A stretch of DNA of 49,772 bases from Saprolegnia diclina VS20 (GCF_000281045.1 NW_008246118.1:315850-365621); one strand, 5' to 3'. Numbered from the stretch's first letter, positions 37,841 through 49,771 are shown. Numbers and translations: made by a program. Notes: generated from the sequence alone by a model not told the origin.

Positions 37841-39817
37841 CTACTCGGCGCACGTCTCGCGGAAGCGCTGCATCTCGCGCTCGTTGGCCTCGACCTGAGG
37901 CCGCGCTTCCCGCCGCCACTGCCATGACGAGATGATGAGACACGGGCCATGAGGCCATGGGACTTACCTGCTCAATGTCGTCAAAGGTGTAGAGCTTGGG
38001 CGTCGGGGCGACAACCGGCGTTGCGCCCTTGTCGAGGAACCGCGTGACCTTGGCGACGAGCTGGTCCAAGGGCCCATTGGGCGCCTTGCGCTCATTCTGC
38101 ATGAACGCGTGCACAAACTAGAAAGCCCATGTCAGGAGCCTCGCTCGTCGTCGTCCTACCTCGGCAAAGGCGTCGGCGTCGTGCAGCTCGGTTCCAAGCT
38201 CCCGCACGCGCTGGAAGAGCTCTGCGTGCGACGCGACGCCCATGATGTCTTGCTCGCCGAGCTGCAGGATGCAGAGCGCGGCGTCAAAGACGACCTCTTG
38301 CCCGTAGAAGAAGAGGAGGTCCCAGACACGCAGCGCTGTCTCGAGGGGCAGCGTGCAGAGGAAGACGCAGAGGAACCACTGAAGCGAGACGAGCTCAATG
38401 TCGATGCCGTGGGTCTCGAGCATCGCGCTGAGCGCCGGTGCTTGGAGCGTCACGAGGCGCTTGAAGACGATCTGGTCGACTTGGGCGCCGACCATGCTCC
38501 GCCTAATGCGACTTCAAGTTATCATACGCTTGCGATATATCGGCATACGAGTAGTTTTCCCAGGGCAAAAACTTCTCGAGGAGTACAGCGAGGAGCCAGA
38601 ACGCGTCTTCTTCGGGCAGGAAGAGTACGAGGATGCCGACGATGAAGTTCATGGACTGGCAGTACCCGATCTCGCGCCGGTGCATCGCGTACGCCAAGAG
38701 CACGTTCGTGAGCTCGACCTTGCCGCGCTCGGCCTACGCCACACGCCTGAGCGCGACGTTGATCTCACTTGTGAACCTGGAAGAACGTGTGCTCGGGGTA
38801 CGTGCGACCCACGTCCTTCTCAATGTCATCGACCGTCTAAAGCAGCACCATGCGTTCGACCAACTCAGATCGGAGCACGTACGCTGCCTCGGTGGTCTTC
38901 GCGGTGGAGAAGACCTACTCAACACTGAGACAGACGCTCGTACGCTGAGACTACTTTGGTAGTAGTCGTGCGGGAAGCGGGCTTTGTACGCCGCGACGTT
39001 CGCCAGCAAGAGCCACATGGCAGGGCGATACGCCGACGGAATACCGCCGACAACGAGCGGCTAGGTCATTTTCTGTTAGCGGATCGTGCGAGGTGTCGTG
39101 GAGAGACTTGGAGGAGCTGGCGGACGTGCATGCTTTCGTCCTCGGAGCTCTCGTGCAGCAAGACCTGGAGGCCATCGAAGCCTCCGTTTTCCTGCAGCAG
39201 TTCCAACCACTGCCTCTCGTGTCGATATCGCTACATGCTCGTTCTCAATCAATATGTTTGGGTGAGGAAGAGCCCACCGCGGGCTTCTGGCGTTGGTGGC
39301 GCAACTGCTGGCGGTGCTTTAGAATGTACTTGTCGTCCTTTGCAAAGCCATACTCGTCACTAGACGCAAATGAGTTACACAGCGCCAAGAGAAGCGTGTA
39401 CCGATTCACGAGCTCCTGCGCTGGATCGTGCCGGAACCGGTCGAGTGAGAGCACACTCGGGTCAAGGAAACGCAGGACGCGCGGGTGCGCCGCGCTGCGA
39501 ATCGACGCCATCACCTACCGCAGCTGTGAGCACCGGTGCGCATTTCGCTCGCGCACATCAGGAAACGAGTCGGTGGTGACGTCAACGCCGTTGACAGCGA
39601 CGAGCACATGGCCCGTCTGGATCGCATGCGCTTGGATCGCGTGGTTTTCGCTCTGGAGAAGACGGCTCGCCTGGCTGCCGCGCACGAGGCCCTTCACGAG
39701 CGCGTGGTGGCCGTAGAAGCCCGTCTCGAACTGGATGCCAAGCGGTCCGGGCGCAAACTCGACGTCGTAGAGGGCGACGGCGTCGTCCTCGTACTGCTTG
39801 CGCTTGACCTGAGCCAT
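37841..39817 (-). CDS. PDZ-domain + TBC (Rab-GAP) domain protein, multi-exon
   Basis: N-terminal PDZ-like VEFAPGPLGIQF..IQTGHVLVAVNGVDV..RVLRF. TBC motifs GGIPSAYRPAMW, IEKDVGRT (Arg finger), GYCQSMNF (Gln finger), QWFLCVF, LRVWDLLF. Confidence 0.85.
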
Positions 39818-40043
39818 GTCGCAGTGCCGGGTACGTCACGCTGGCGATGCCATTGGATGAAATGCATGCATTTCAGCCAATCCGTAAGCGCTAAGCTTAT
39901 ATGGGATTCCCCAGTCATACAAATTCGAAGCTTGATAGAAACACAAACAATTAAAGCTAGCTTGATGTTTGTATGCATGAGTGTGGCATTTAAAAAAAGA
40001 AAGATCCACGCAAGGTGAGGCGGACATTTGCAGTTTTGAGCCC

Positions 40044-40837
40044 ATGTCCTCAGACCGTCGATCGCGGACGCAGTCGCGCGAGCGCAGCGATGTGCCCAAC
40101 ACGAACGTTGGCAACAACCTCTACATCGCCAACCTCCCCATCAAGGTCCTCATACCCCCAGCATACACCCTCGCGAACCCCCTGTCGCTAGATGAACCAA
40201 GAAGAAATCAACGCGCTCTTCTCCAAGTACGGCCGGCTCTCGCGCGTGGACCTCATCTCGGACCCCGTGACGCACGAGTCGCGGTACACCCCTCTCATAC
40301 TGTACTTAGCGCCTCATAGTCATGCGATAGCGGGTTCGCCTTTGTCACGTTTGAAGACAAGCGTGACGCCGACGATGCGATCGCGGGCCTGCACGAGTAC
40401 GAACAACGCATCAGCGCAACTTTCGAATCGAGAATGGTTCAATAAGCTCTTGTATCGTACAGAACGGAGATCATGGGCCGCCGCATCCGCGTTGAAGCTG
40501 CCAAGCGCGCGCGTGGCCACCCCAAGACCCCCGGCCAATGTACGTGTTGCAGTATTGACGTGCCAACTCAAAAATCGGAATTGTAGACCTTGGCCCGCCG
40601 GGCGCGAGCTCGCGTCCGCGCTACAACGAACCCCGTGGTCGCAGCGGTGATCGTCGCCGTAGCCGCTCGCCGTACCGCCGGCGTGAACGTTCGCGCTCGC
40701 GCGGTCGTGACCGTGACCGCTCGCGTGATCGCCGTCGCTCGCGCTCGCCCGTCCGGAAGGAGCGCTCTCGCTCGCGCGACCGCCGCGGCAGCTCCCGTGA
40801 CCGCCGTGGCAGCTCGCGCGATCGCCGCCGCGATTAG
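40044..40837 (+). CDS. Transformer-2/SR45a-like RRM + RS-domain splicing factor, 5 exons
   Basis: RNP2 NNLYIANL, DPVTHESR|GFAFVTF (RNP1), RRIRVEAAKRARGHPKTPGQ|YLG, long RS/RD-rich tail. Confidence 0.88.
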
Positions 40838-40900
40838 ATATTCCGGTCCGTATGTATGTATCTCATTTCTTAATCTCCATTAAGGAAGCGGAAGGCCGAC

Positions 40901-42758
40901 CTACGCAGTTTGGCGATATACCACCATGTGGGTCTCAGGCTCGGGCACATCGGCGTCCAGGCTAAAGTGGGTGTTGAAAAAGCTCGTGTCCTTGGTGTAC
41001 TGCCACGCGGCGAGGCGGCTCTGGCCAATTGCACGCTCGGCAGACGCGTACATGACGAGGAACGTGGGGCGGTAGCTGCCATTGCTGTAGCGCGCTTCGG
41101 CCACATCCCGTGGTGTAGTCTGCACCGCATCGGACTCGGAGCCCTTGGCACGGTTGCTACGCATACCGGTATGAGCACGTAAGATTTGGCTCGTGTAATA
41201 CGTGGGCGAGCAGTCGGGGAACCAGAGAGACGCGTTGCGGTGGAGGTGGCTGTAGTACGGCGTGGCGTGGCACGTCATAAAGAAATCGACGGACGCTGCA
41301 TCGTGCTGCTCGTGCAGCGCCGCTCGGAGATGGTCGACGACGTCCAAGGCGCCGCGCTAGCAATTCGAATGAGCGTTCGTGCTCGTGGGCGCAAGCGTAC
41401 GTTGTGGTAGCGCGAAAAGTAGACGGCCGCGGCCCCGTTCGCGGCCACGAGCGCCAACACGAGAGCGTGAAAGAGCTTGGTAGGCGCGCGGGCGTGGAGC
41501 CGCGCGAGGCCGAGTCCTGCGTACACGAACGTGGGCGGGAGAAGCGGGAGGAGAAATCGCGGCTCTACACGCTACGTCTCGCGTTTGCAGTGGAAGAGGA
41601 ACGTACCCTTGTGAGCACCGCAGCTATAGACAGCGAGTGCCCATCCGATTAGCGCAGCCAGCTCCCGACGCTACACAGTCTACCACGTCAGAGACATGCA
41701 CACGAGTGTAACGTGCCTGGGAGCTCCAGACGCCAGCAAGTAGAAAGGGCAGTGACGTCGCGGCGGCTTCCGGAAAGCCCGCGAGGAGGTACCAGTGCCA
41801 CGGGTGCGTCCCGTACAGCGCATCCTTGCCCTCGAGGACGTTGAAGCGGACAAAATTCAGCGGCACAAACGTCCACGCGCCGTACCCGATGCGGTCGATG
41901 ACAAGCATCGCGGCGATGGCCACCGCCCCGATCGGCGCCACGACATTGACGAGCAGCGTCAGCTTCGCCGGCGACGCAAGCAAGAGGCGCGCGCCAAGGA
42001 AGACCCAGAGCACGGCGTTCGTGGGCCGAAACACGACGCCAAGCGCCGCCGCCGAGAGACCCCACGCCGCCCGACGCCAGTACAGGTCCATCTTGGCGCG
42101 GTCCGTCTACTCCGCCCTTGCAATTTACGGTAAAATTGAAAGGGCATCGCTACCTGGAACGACCACGGCCAGTAGGCGAGCGCAACCGTGGTGCAAACAG
42201 CCTCGATCGAGTTGGAATACGTGCGCACGAGCGTGTAGAAGGCGAACCACGACGTGAGCTGCGAGAAGAGCGCCCACTTGGCCGCGGTTTCGCCCACATA
42301 CACGAACGCGAGCTTGTAGAGAAAAACGTCGCCGACGGCCGCAATGAGCCCCTAGTCTACGTTACCTCCCTGCCGATGCATCGCATCATCTACCTGGAGG
42401 AGGCGCGGCGCGTACGCCACCGCCCATGGCGTGTCTAGGCCCTAAACCGCTATGTCAGCCAGGCACATATGCAAAGCGTCGTGTCGTACGAGAAGTTGGA
42501 GGATTTTGTACAGCGCAGCGAAGAGCGCGGGATGGGCGTAGCCCCGCAGCTGCGCGTCCGGCTGCCACTCCCACGTCCTACGGAGACGCATGAGGCCGTG
42601 TGTGGCATCCGCTGGACGCACAGGTAGCCGTAGCCGTAAACGAGGTGGTGCGCGACCTCGGAGCTCTGCCAGAACTCGTCCGGGTTAAAGTACGTGCGCA
42701 CGAAGAGCGCGTTTGCGAGGCGGAAGGCCACGATGGCTCCGACCCAGCGCCACTGCAT
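40901..42758 (-). CDS. PIGB: GPI mannosyltransferase 3 (PIG-B/Gpi10, GT22 family), multi-exon
   Basis: RTYFNPDEFWQSSEVAH..GYGYL|TWEW, RTYSNSIE, RPTNAVLW, YGTHPWHWY, AHK-E-RF region, MTCHATPYYSHLH. Confidence 0.9.
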
Positions 42759-43114
42759 CGCCGTTTTTTGCAATTTGAGGACGGTAATGTGACCGTATTT
42801 ACATGATTTTGACGAAAATGGTCGTATTTTTGCGGATGATGTGTCAGTTGATGACTGTCAGTTGATCGACGGATGATGATGGCAATGGTGGTGGCGCTGT
42901 GAGCACTGGCGGTCGTCGGACTCGTAGAGCTTCCGCCGTGTTCTTGGACCTCGCGTCCAATCAAATGACGCGCGACCGCCGCGCCCTCGGGTTCCAGGTG
43001 AATCCCAAGCGCCCAAGGATCCACGGAATCCGCAGCGCCCGTTCGATTGGGGAGCGGGCATCCGGAAAGCTTATCCGGACTACTACAATGATTACAGGAC
43101 ACATCATTTGAAAG

Positions 43115-44184
43115 ATGGTCGCGGAGCAGAGCTTGCTGCTGGAGGCCGGCGGCCTTCCGAAGGCGTCGCTGTCGCCGCGCACGCCGCGCTACTCGCACTC
43201 GCGCTGGGTCATTGGCGTCAGCTGCGTCGTGGTCGTGGCCATCATCTGGACCTTTGCCAGCGTCCTCGTGCAGTACGTGTTCCACGACCTCGGCTTCAAC
43301 AAGCCCTTCTTCCTCACGTACGTGGCCAACTCGCTCTTTGCCGTGAACCTCCCGCTCTACTACGGCGGCAAGTACTTTGGCTACGTGGTGCCGTCCTCGC
43401 GCCAGGCGAGCGCCCGCGACACGCTCGCCATCAGTGCCATCGTCGCGCCGCTCTGGTTCCTCGCCAACTTCACCTACAACATTAGCCTCAACATGACGAG
43501 GTAGACACCCGCTTCTCCATCGACAATGCATAATCGTACTTGTTTAGCGTCACGAGCAGCACGATCATTAGCTCAACCTCGGCCATGTTTACATTTGGCC
43601 TTAGCATCGCGTACCTTGGCGAGCGCTTCAGCTACGCCAAGCTCGGCGGCGTCGGTCTCTGCATGCTCGGCAACTCGGCCACAGTTTTCAACGACTCTGG
43701 GAGCACGACGCGCGACAACGTGTGGGGCGACCTCCTCGCGGTCTTTGCGGCCTTCATGTATGGCGTGTACACGACTGCGATCCGGCGCCTCATCCCGGAC
43801 GAAGGCAAGGTGAGCCTCGGCCTCTTCTTTGGGCTTCTCGGCCTCCTCAACTTTATTGGCTTGTTACCGCTCGTGCTCCTACTGCACTGGACGCAGCTCG
43901 AGAACCTCTCGGCGCTCAATGGCGAGATCCTCGGGCTCCTCACCATCAAGGGCCTCTTTGACAACGTGCTGAGCGACTACCTCTGGGCGCTCGCCATGCT
44001 CTTCACGACGCCGACAGTCGCGACGATCGGACTCTCGCTCACGGTGCCCTTTGCGATCGTCTCGGATTTTATCTTCCACAGCGTCTCGCCGACGCTCGTG
44101 ACCGTCTTTGCGTCCGTCTTTGTCATTGCCGGCTTTGTTCTTATCAACGTCACGAGCGAAAAGTCCGAGGCCGAAAAAGCATAG
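43115..44184 (+). CDS. SLC35F5/Thi74-like drug/metabolite transporter (EamA/DMT), intron 43501-43547
   Basis: FNKPFFLTY, PLWFLANFTYNISL, TSSTIISSTS, WGDLLAVFAAFMYGVYT, VLSDYLWA, TVATIGLSLTVP; multiple hydrophobic segments. Confidence 0.88.
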
Positions 44185-44208
44185 TTTTTTTGCTAATATA
44201 TCGAAACA

Positions 44209-46139
44209 CTACAACTGCGAAACAGCACGCTTCATGGGCCGCGGGACGCCGCTTCGGAGCGCTGGCAGGTGCACAGTCGACGGTTTGGTCGGCTGGGGAC
44301 GCTCGGCGCTCGCCTCTTGGTTGCTCTGCTTGGGTCGAGAGGGTTTGGTCGGGTACAGTGTCGGCACGGCGATCCACGACTTCATCGGCGACGAAAGCGA
44401 CGGTCGCCGGCACTGGGTGTGGTGCGGGCTCGCGCACGTCGAGCAGATCCTGTCGTAGCGCTTGATGAGCTTCACGGGCGGAAGCGCCGGTGCGACCACT
44501 GCACTGCGCGTCACGGCGGGCAGCGTGTGGGGCTTCTTGGTGCGCGGCCGCATGGGCACGAGCCCGGACGAGAGCTTTCTTCGCGCGGCCTCGGCTCGCC
44601 GGAGCGCCAGAACGCGGCAGCAAAATCGCCGCACGATCTGGAGCGCTCGCTCGCGCTGCACGTAGCGCCGGCGTAGCAGACTGCGAACGCTACGCTGCAG
44701 TGCTTTAGCCGCTCGTTCGCGTCGAGCTGCAACCTGGGACCGACGCCGTCGTACCCGACGCGTGATGTGTATCAAGAGGCAAGCCAGGCGCGCGGCGCGG
44801 TGCTCAAGCCAGCGCCGTACAAGGCACTGAATCATAGCTGCGGCTGTGGTACGCCGCTGGCGACGCTGGACGTACGATCGATAGGCGGTCTGTATTATGC
44901 GGGCCCTGCGCACTTCCAACCCGAGTCGCCGACGCATGCGCGCATAGCCACACAGCCTCCGCGATTGCTGCAGAGCGCGCAGCCAACAGCAGAGACAGTC
45001 AACAGCTCGCACAGTGCGTCGCTTGAGAAGCTCGCGACGGAGCCAGCGCTGCAACAGACTCGCACTCGCAGCCTGTCGTTGCAACCGGCAGCGGTATCGA
45101 CGACGCAGGATGCAAGACAATAGCCACGTGCTCACCGCCGTCTTGGCGCGAGATAGCTGGCGCCGCTGCCAAGAACGTACGCAGAGGCGCGCAATCTGCT
45201 GCTGTGCACGCGTGCGCCTTGCTTGTTGGAGGCGCCAACGCACGCGTGTTTGGATCCTCGTCGCTGCCGCACTCTGCTGCTGCTGTCGCTGAAGATGGAG
45301 CGCTCGGTGTTTCTTGCAGTCGAGCAACATCGTTGGCAGCTGCCTCGTGAGGGTGTGAGCTGCTCGTGTACGCCGCAGCAGTTCTGCTTTCGCGGCTCGG
45401 CTCGCGTCGTCGCGCCACATTCGCAAGGCTTTGCGAAAGCGCTGTCGCCACATGCGCCGCAGGAGGAAGCGGCCGATGACGTCGAGCGCGTAGTTGTCGA
45501 TGGCCCGACGCGCAACGTTGTTCGCGGCCTCCAGCGCTGCGGTTCGACGGGCGCGCGCATTGTGTAGAAATGACACGCGGTGGCGCCGGTACGCAGCTTG
45601 GAGCACGGACGCGCCGGCGGAGGCACGGGCGAGGGCGGCCGCGTGGTTGATTTTCTGGAGCTTGACCTTGCTCTGGCGAAAGATCGTGTGCTGGAGCCAC
45701 TCCTTGTGGCTCAAAAGTGAGATCTGGAACTCGCTTTCGAGCACCGCCTGGATCTGGTCGAGCGGAAAGTACGTTTGCGCGTCCAAGAGGGCCGAGATGC
45801 GGTCGTCGAGCGCCGCTTGTAGCTCATCGGGCAACGATTTCGTCGGCGTAGTGGCGGGCGTCTGGCGCATGAGACCTACAAGACCTTAGACGAAAAGAGA
45901 TCATGAACGACGTACGCATGTATTCGTCGTCCGAAACGAGCCCGAGTTGCCGCAGAGTGTGAATTTCTAGCAGGCCAGCATCAGTCGGACGACCTCGTGC
46001 GACCTCGCGTACCGTCGAGAACAAAATGCAGCCCATACTCGCCCTTGCGCTTCCTAAGCAGACCTGGACATAAGATCTCATCGCAGTCTGCTTCGCACCA
46101 GAGCTCGCGCAGCGCCAGGTTGTGCTCGACCACGTCCAT
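44209..46139 (-). CDS. Multi-IQ-motif basic coiled-coil protein with N-terminal SHOCT-like and DEK-C-like segments; 3 exons
   Basis: IQ motifs VLQAAYRRH, RIQTRVRW, IIQTAYRSY, MIQCLVRRW, ALQRSVRS. Two upstream exons from ATG 46139 splice in frame (FVLD|EIHTLRQLGLVSDDEYM|RLMRQTP) via GTACG..AG introns. Confidence 0.65.
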
Positions 46140-46184
46140 CGCTCTAATTTTAGCTCGTGACTTGACAGGGATAATTTCCCGTGC

Positions 46185-49100
46185 TTGGCTTCGCGTCTTG
46201 GGGCACCGAAACCTGGCGTCCAACCCCATTCACGTACCATTATATCGCGATGCTGTCCAAGGTCATTCTATCGCGTGGGATCTGGGTCGTATCCGGACCC
46301 GCATAAGATCAAGCGCTTTAGCGACGTGTACCACGACACGCTCAGCCCGAGGGGCGAGTGGCCGCAGATCTGCATCGGTGGCATCTGCGGACTCCTCTCG
46401 TGGCCGCTGCCAGACCACCAAGCGCGACACCTGCTAGCGCTGGCTGGCGACAATGGTGTCGTTCCCGCCGACAAGCTTTGTATCCTCAACGATGCGGCGT
46501 GGTCCAAATTTCTCGTCCGCGATCAATTCGAGGTCCTCCGCAACAAGATCGGTGGCTGGTCAAACGCATGGCACACGCGCGCTGTTTTCTCACACCTCGT
46601 GGTGGACGACGTCGGGTCAGCCGCGGCGCTTCAGGCTCCTCGCTCGGACAACAATTTTGGCTCGCTCCTCATCGAACTGCCGTCAGCGTATGGAGGTGGC
46701 GACCTGTCGTATCCGCACAGCGCCGACCAGAAGCGTCAGAAGGCCGTGGCGCCTGAGGCAGCGCGCATCACTGTGACGCTTTTCGACACAAAGCTCTCGT
46801 CGGCCCCCATCACGAGCGTTGTCCTCGTCTACAGCCTCGTGATCAGGCGCCCAGTCGCTCGCCCGACGCAGGAAGCGGCGATCGCGGCGCTTTCTCGACT
46901 CGCACAAGCCTCGCCACTCGAATACATTGCGTGCATCCAAGACGAGACGCTAGGCAACGAGCTCTCGTTCGCCGCGCTCGACGCGATCGACACGACGCTG
47001 GTGGACGTGCTTGTCGCTACGGGGGTGTTTGACGTCGCACTCGTCTCCTTTCAAAGGCGGTTCCTGTCCGAGCCGCAGGTCGATAGTATGGACAGCGACG
47101 TGGTCTCGCCGACTCTGCCTCCGTTCGAAAACCGCGTCGACCGCTTCGTTTTGCACCCGGCGTGTGCGCTACATGCTGATGGCCTCATAGGCTTGAACGC
47201 GGACGCCTTTCCCGCACGGCACCGCATGTACCACCGCGATGACTACCCGTGTCCCGCCAAAGCGGTTCTCTTCTGGCCCAAGCACTGTCGCGTGTTCCTC
47301 CTCGGCTTCAACACAGTTCTTTCGCTGCTCCAAGCCACCGTCGACGACCAGACCGACGCCGACATGGTCGGTTGCGCCACCGCCCGCGACCTGGTGGCGC
47401 TCATTCTCCCGCTCTTTGAGCTCCATCGGCAAGAGCGTCACACAACAACGTCCAAGGCGACGTCTGATGCTCGCTACGCAAGTATATTTGGTCGTCTTTT
47501 GCTCCAGATCCACGCCATGGACCTCGTCACACGCTTCGTCCGCGACGTCATCGTGGTCTCGTCCGTCACGACGATCACCGACGTGGCGACATATGTCCAT
47601 GCGTGCTTGCTTCAGTGTGGCTGGTCCGTGCTGCAAATGGCCTTTTCTGGTCTTCTCGCGCGCTGGCGCGTTTCAGACGCGATGCAGCTGCTCTCGAGCC
47701 TCGCGGGTGTCGCGCTCGACCCGGTCTGCCCGCCGCTTGCCCAGCCCTTTGCTCGCGAGTTTCTCAAAGCCAGCTGGCACGCTCTCTTGCCGCGCCTCAA
47801 GAGCAGCGAGCCAACGAACACAATCGAGTTTGCATCAAATTGCATCCTCCTCGACTGGTACGTGGACGAGCACGCGCCGAATCTACCTTCCGGCAAGTGG
47901 CTCAGCGCTCGCTTGCCGCCGGCCATGATTGTGGCCGTTGACGCGTTCTGCTACCCGCGCCACCGGCACATTGACGCTGCTTGACAGAGCGCTCTTCGAC
48001 CCAAGAGCTGCTGGTCCACGTGACGGCCACGCGCCTGGACAGTCTCTGGCAGCTCTGGGACTTGGCAGCTCTCGCGGGTACCTCACACCTACTGCGTAGG
48101 CTGGACCCAGCACCGTCGCCGCAGCTACGGTCGCTTTTGGTGCCCAAAATTATGGGCGCCGTGTCGAAGCTGCAGGAGAAATTGATGGCCATTGCCGTCG
48201 GCAACCCGCGGAACGAGTCTCTTGAGCAACCAAACGTGGCGGCGCTTGAAGCGCTGGCTGTTGTGTGTTGTGTCTGGACGATTGGGGCAACCCATGCTCC
48301 AACCAACGCAAGCCAGGACACGACCAGGTTGGTCGTGGATGGCTGGAGAAGCCGTTAGGGGAAGGGGCGACTAGTTGGAAGATATAACTATCTCCAACTA
48401 GATATCACATACTTAGAACCATAGGTTAGGAGCGACGCTTCAGACCAGCGCCTCTTCGAGTGCCCAAGCCGAAGCTCGCTTCATCTTTTGCTCTGCGGAG
48501 TAACTCAATACAACTGCCTGCTTTCCGGGAGACGGCTCTCCCCTCGCACTGTGTTTGAGTTCCACCGCGGGCGTCACCACATGTGTCGCCCGCATCGATC
48601 TCGGCGTTTGCGGCCGCGTGGGTGGCGCAGCTGCCACCGCCCGACGCAGAGATTCTCGACAGCGCCTTGATACGGTACCGCTGCCTTCTCTTCCCATTCA
48701 TGCAGACGCTCTACGACGTTGCGCCGCACAAGAAAGTTCTTCTCACGCACTTGGCGACGCAGTTCATGGCGCTGCTCGGGTACGCCCGCGGTGCTGCTCC
48801 GCTGCCCGCTTCGAACGATTTCGTCATGCGCGACATTGTTCTTGATCCAACGCACTGCAACGATTGCAAGATGTTCCGTGAATTCCTGAACGACGGTGTG
48901 ATGAGTTGTCGCGTCGGCCGCCTCCTTACGCTCTGCCACGTGCTTCGCGGTGTCGTGCAAGCGCATCCAAGGCGGCTCCGAGCTCTCAAGAGCCAGGGCT
49001 CCGAGTCGAACAGACAAGACTCGATCGAGAGAGTAGAGCAACGTGGGTGTCTCTCTCGCTTCGATGTCGACCGCTACCTTACCAAGCGGCGCGAGGTGGC

Positions 49101-49230
49101 TGAAGACATTTGTACGGTGGCTGCCGTGGACACCATACTCGCCAGCATACGAAGCAAGCGCCGGGACGCCAACGCCGTTCAAAATGAGCGAAGTACCAAG
49201 CTTCAACGGTGCAGCCTTTACGAGAACTAG
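46185..49230 (+). pseudogene. Probable pseudogene of a Saprolegniales multigene family with a degenerate N-terminal 2OG-Fe(II) oxygenase-like region
   Basis: FGSLLIELPSAYGGGDL motif and C-terminal DIVLDPTHCNDCKMFREFLNDG. No in-frame ATG near the 5' end. Coding-like sequence continues across frame changes/stops near 47984, 48358 and ~48580. Confidence 0.55.
48354..48430. repeat. AT-rich insert with near-perfect hairpin, flanked by GTTAGG direct repeats
   Basis: CTAGTTGGA(A)GATA-TAAC-TATCTCCAACTAG at 48371-48401; GTTAGG at 48354-48359 and 48425-48430. Confidence 0.6.
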
Positions 49231-49704
49231 GAGAGAGGACTTCAAACCATAAAGAGTGGTATACTTCCTTGCAAATGGCGTGTGCCATGTAAAAGTCTCT
49301 CGTGATGCCGCAAATGGTGCAATTCGGGATCACTTTCGACACGAGTGTCGAGCGCTGTAGGCCGCGCACGATGGTGCAACTTGGTGCTCCGTGATATACA
49401 AAGCAAACTTAATCACTCTACGACGTATGAGCCATTTTGCATTTTGACCGAAGTTGGCCATCAAATCGCAAGCGGGAACGCACCGCGACAACTTGCGTGT
49501 TATTAGCCACATTATCCGGATATCCGGTGCAGCATCAAAAGGCCGCGCGATCGACCTTTTTGCGTTCGAAAACGAAATCGTCCAGCCTTGGTACACAGTG
49601 GCATATGGCACAGTGGTAAAGAACGCTATAAAGAGCACGGAAAGCGAGGCTGCGTCGATGTGCGAGGCGCACAGAGTGTAGCGAGACGCGACCCAAGACG
49701 CGCG

Positions 49705-49771
49705 CCAAACTAAGATCGTAGTGCCATCTGAGAGGCACAACGCACTCCAAACTAAGATCGTAGTGCCATCT
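49705..49771. repeat. 25-bp perfect direct repeat with 17-bp spacer at the window end
   Basis: CCAAACTAAGATCGTAGTGCCATCT at 49705-49729 and 49747-49771. Confidence 0.85.

Noticed and set aside
40630..40837. Short tandem repeats (CGCCGxGGCAGCTC..., CGTGAC)
   Set aside because: Explained by the RS/RD low-complexity coding tail of the splicing factor.
49330..49750. Short ORFs at the window end
   Set aside because: No motifs or codon bias; treated as non-coding.
49705..49771. CRISPR-like repeat-spacer-repeat
   Set aside because: Only two units, a 17-bp spacer, eukaryotic context and no cas genes.
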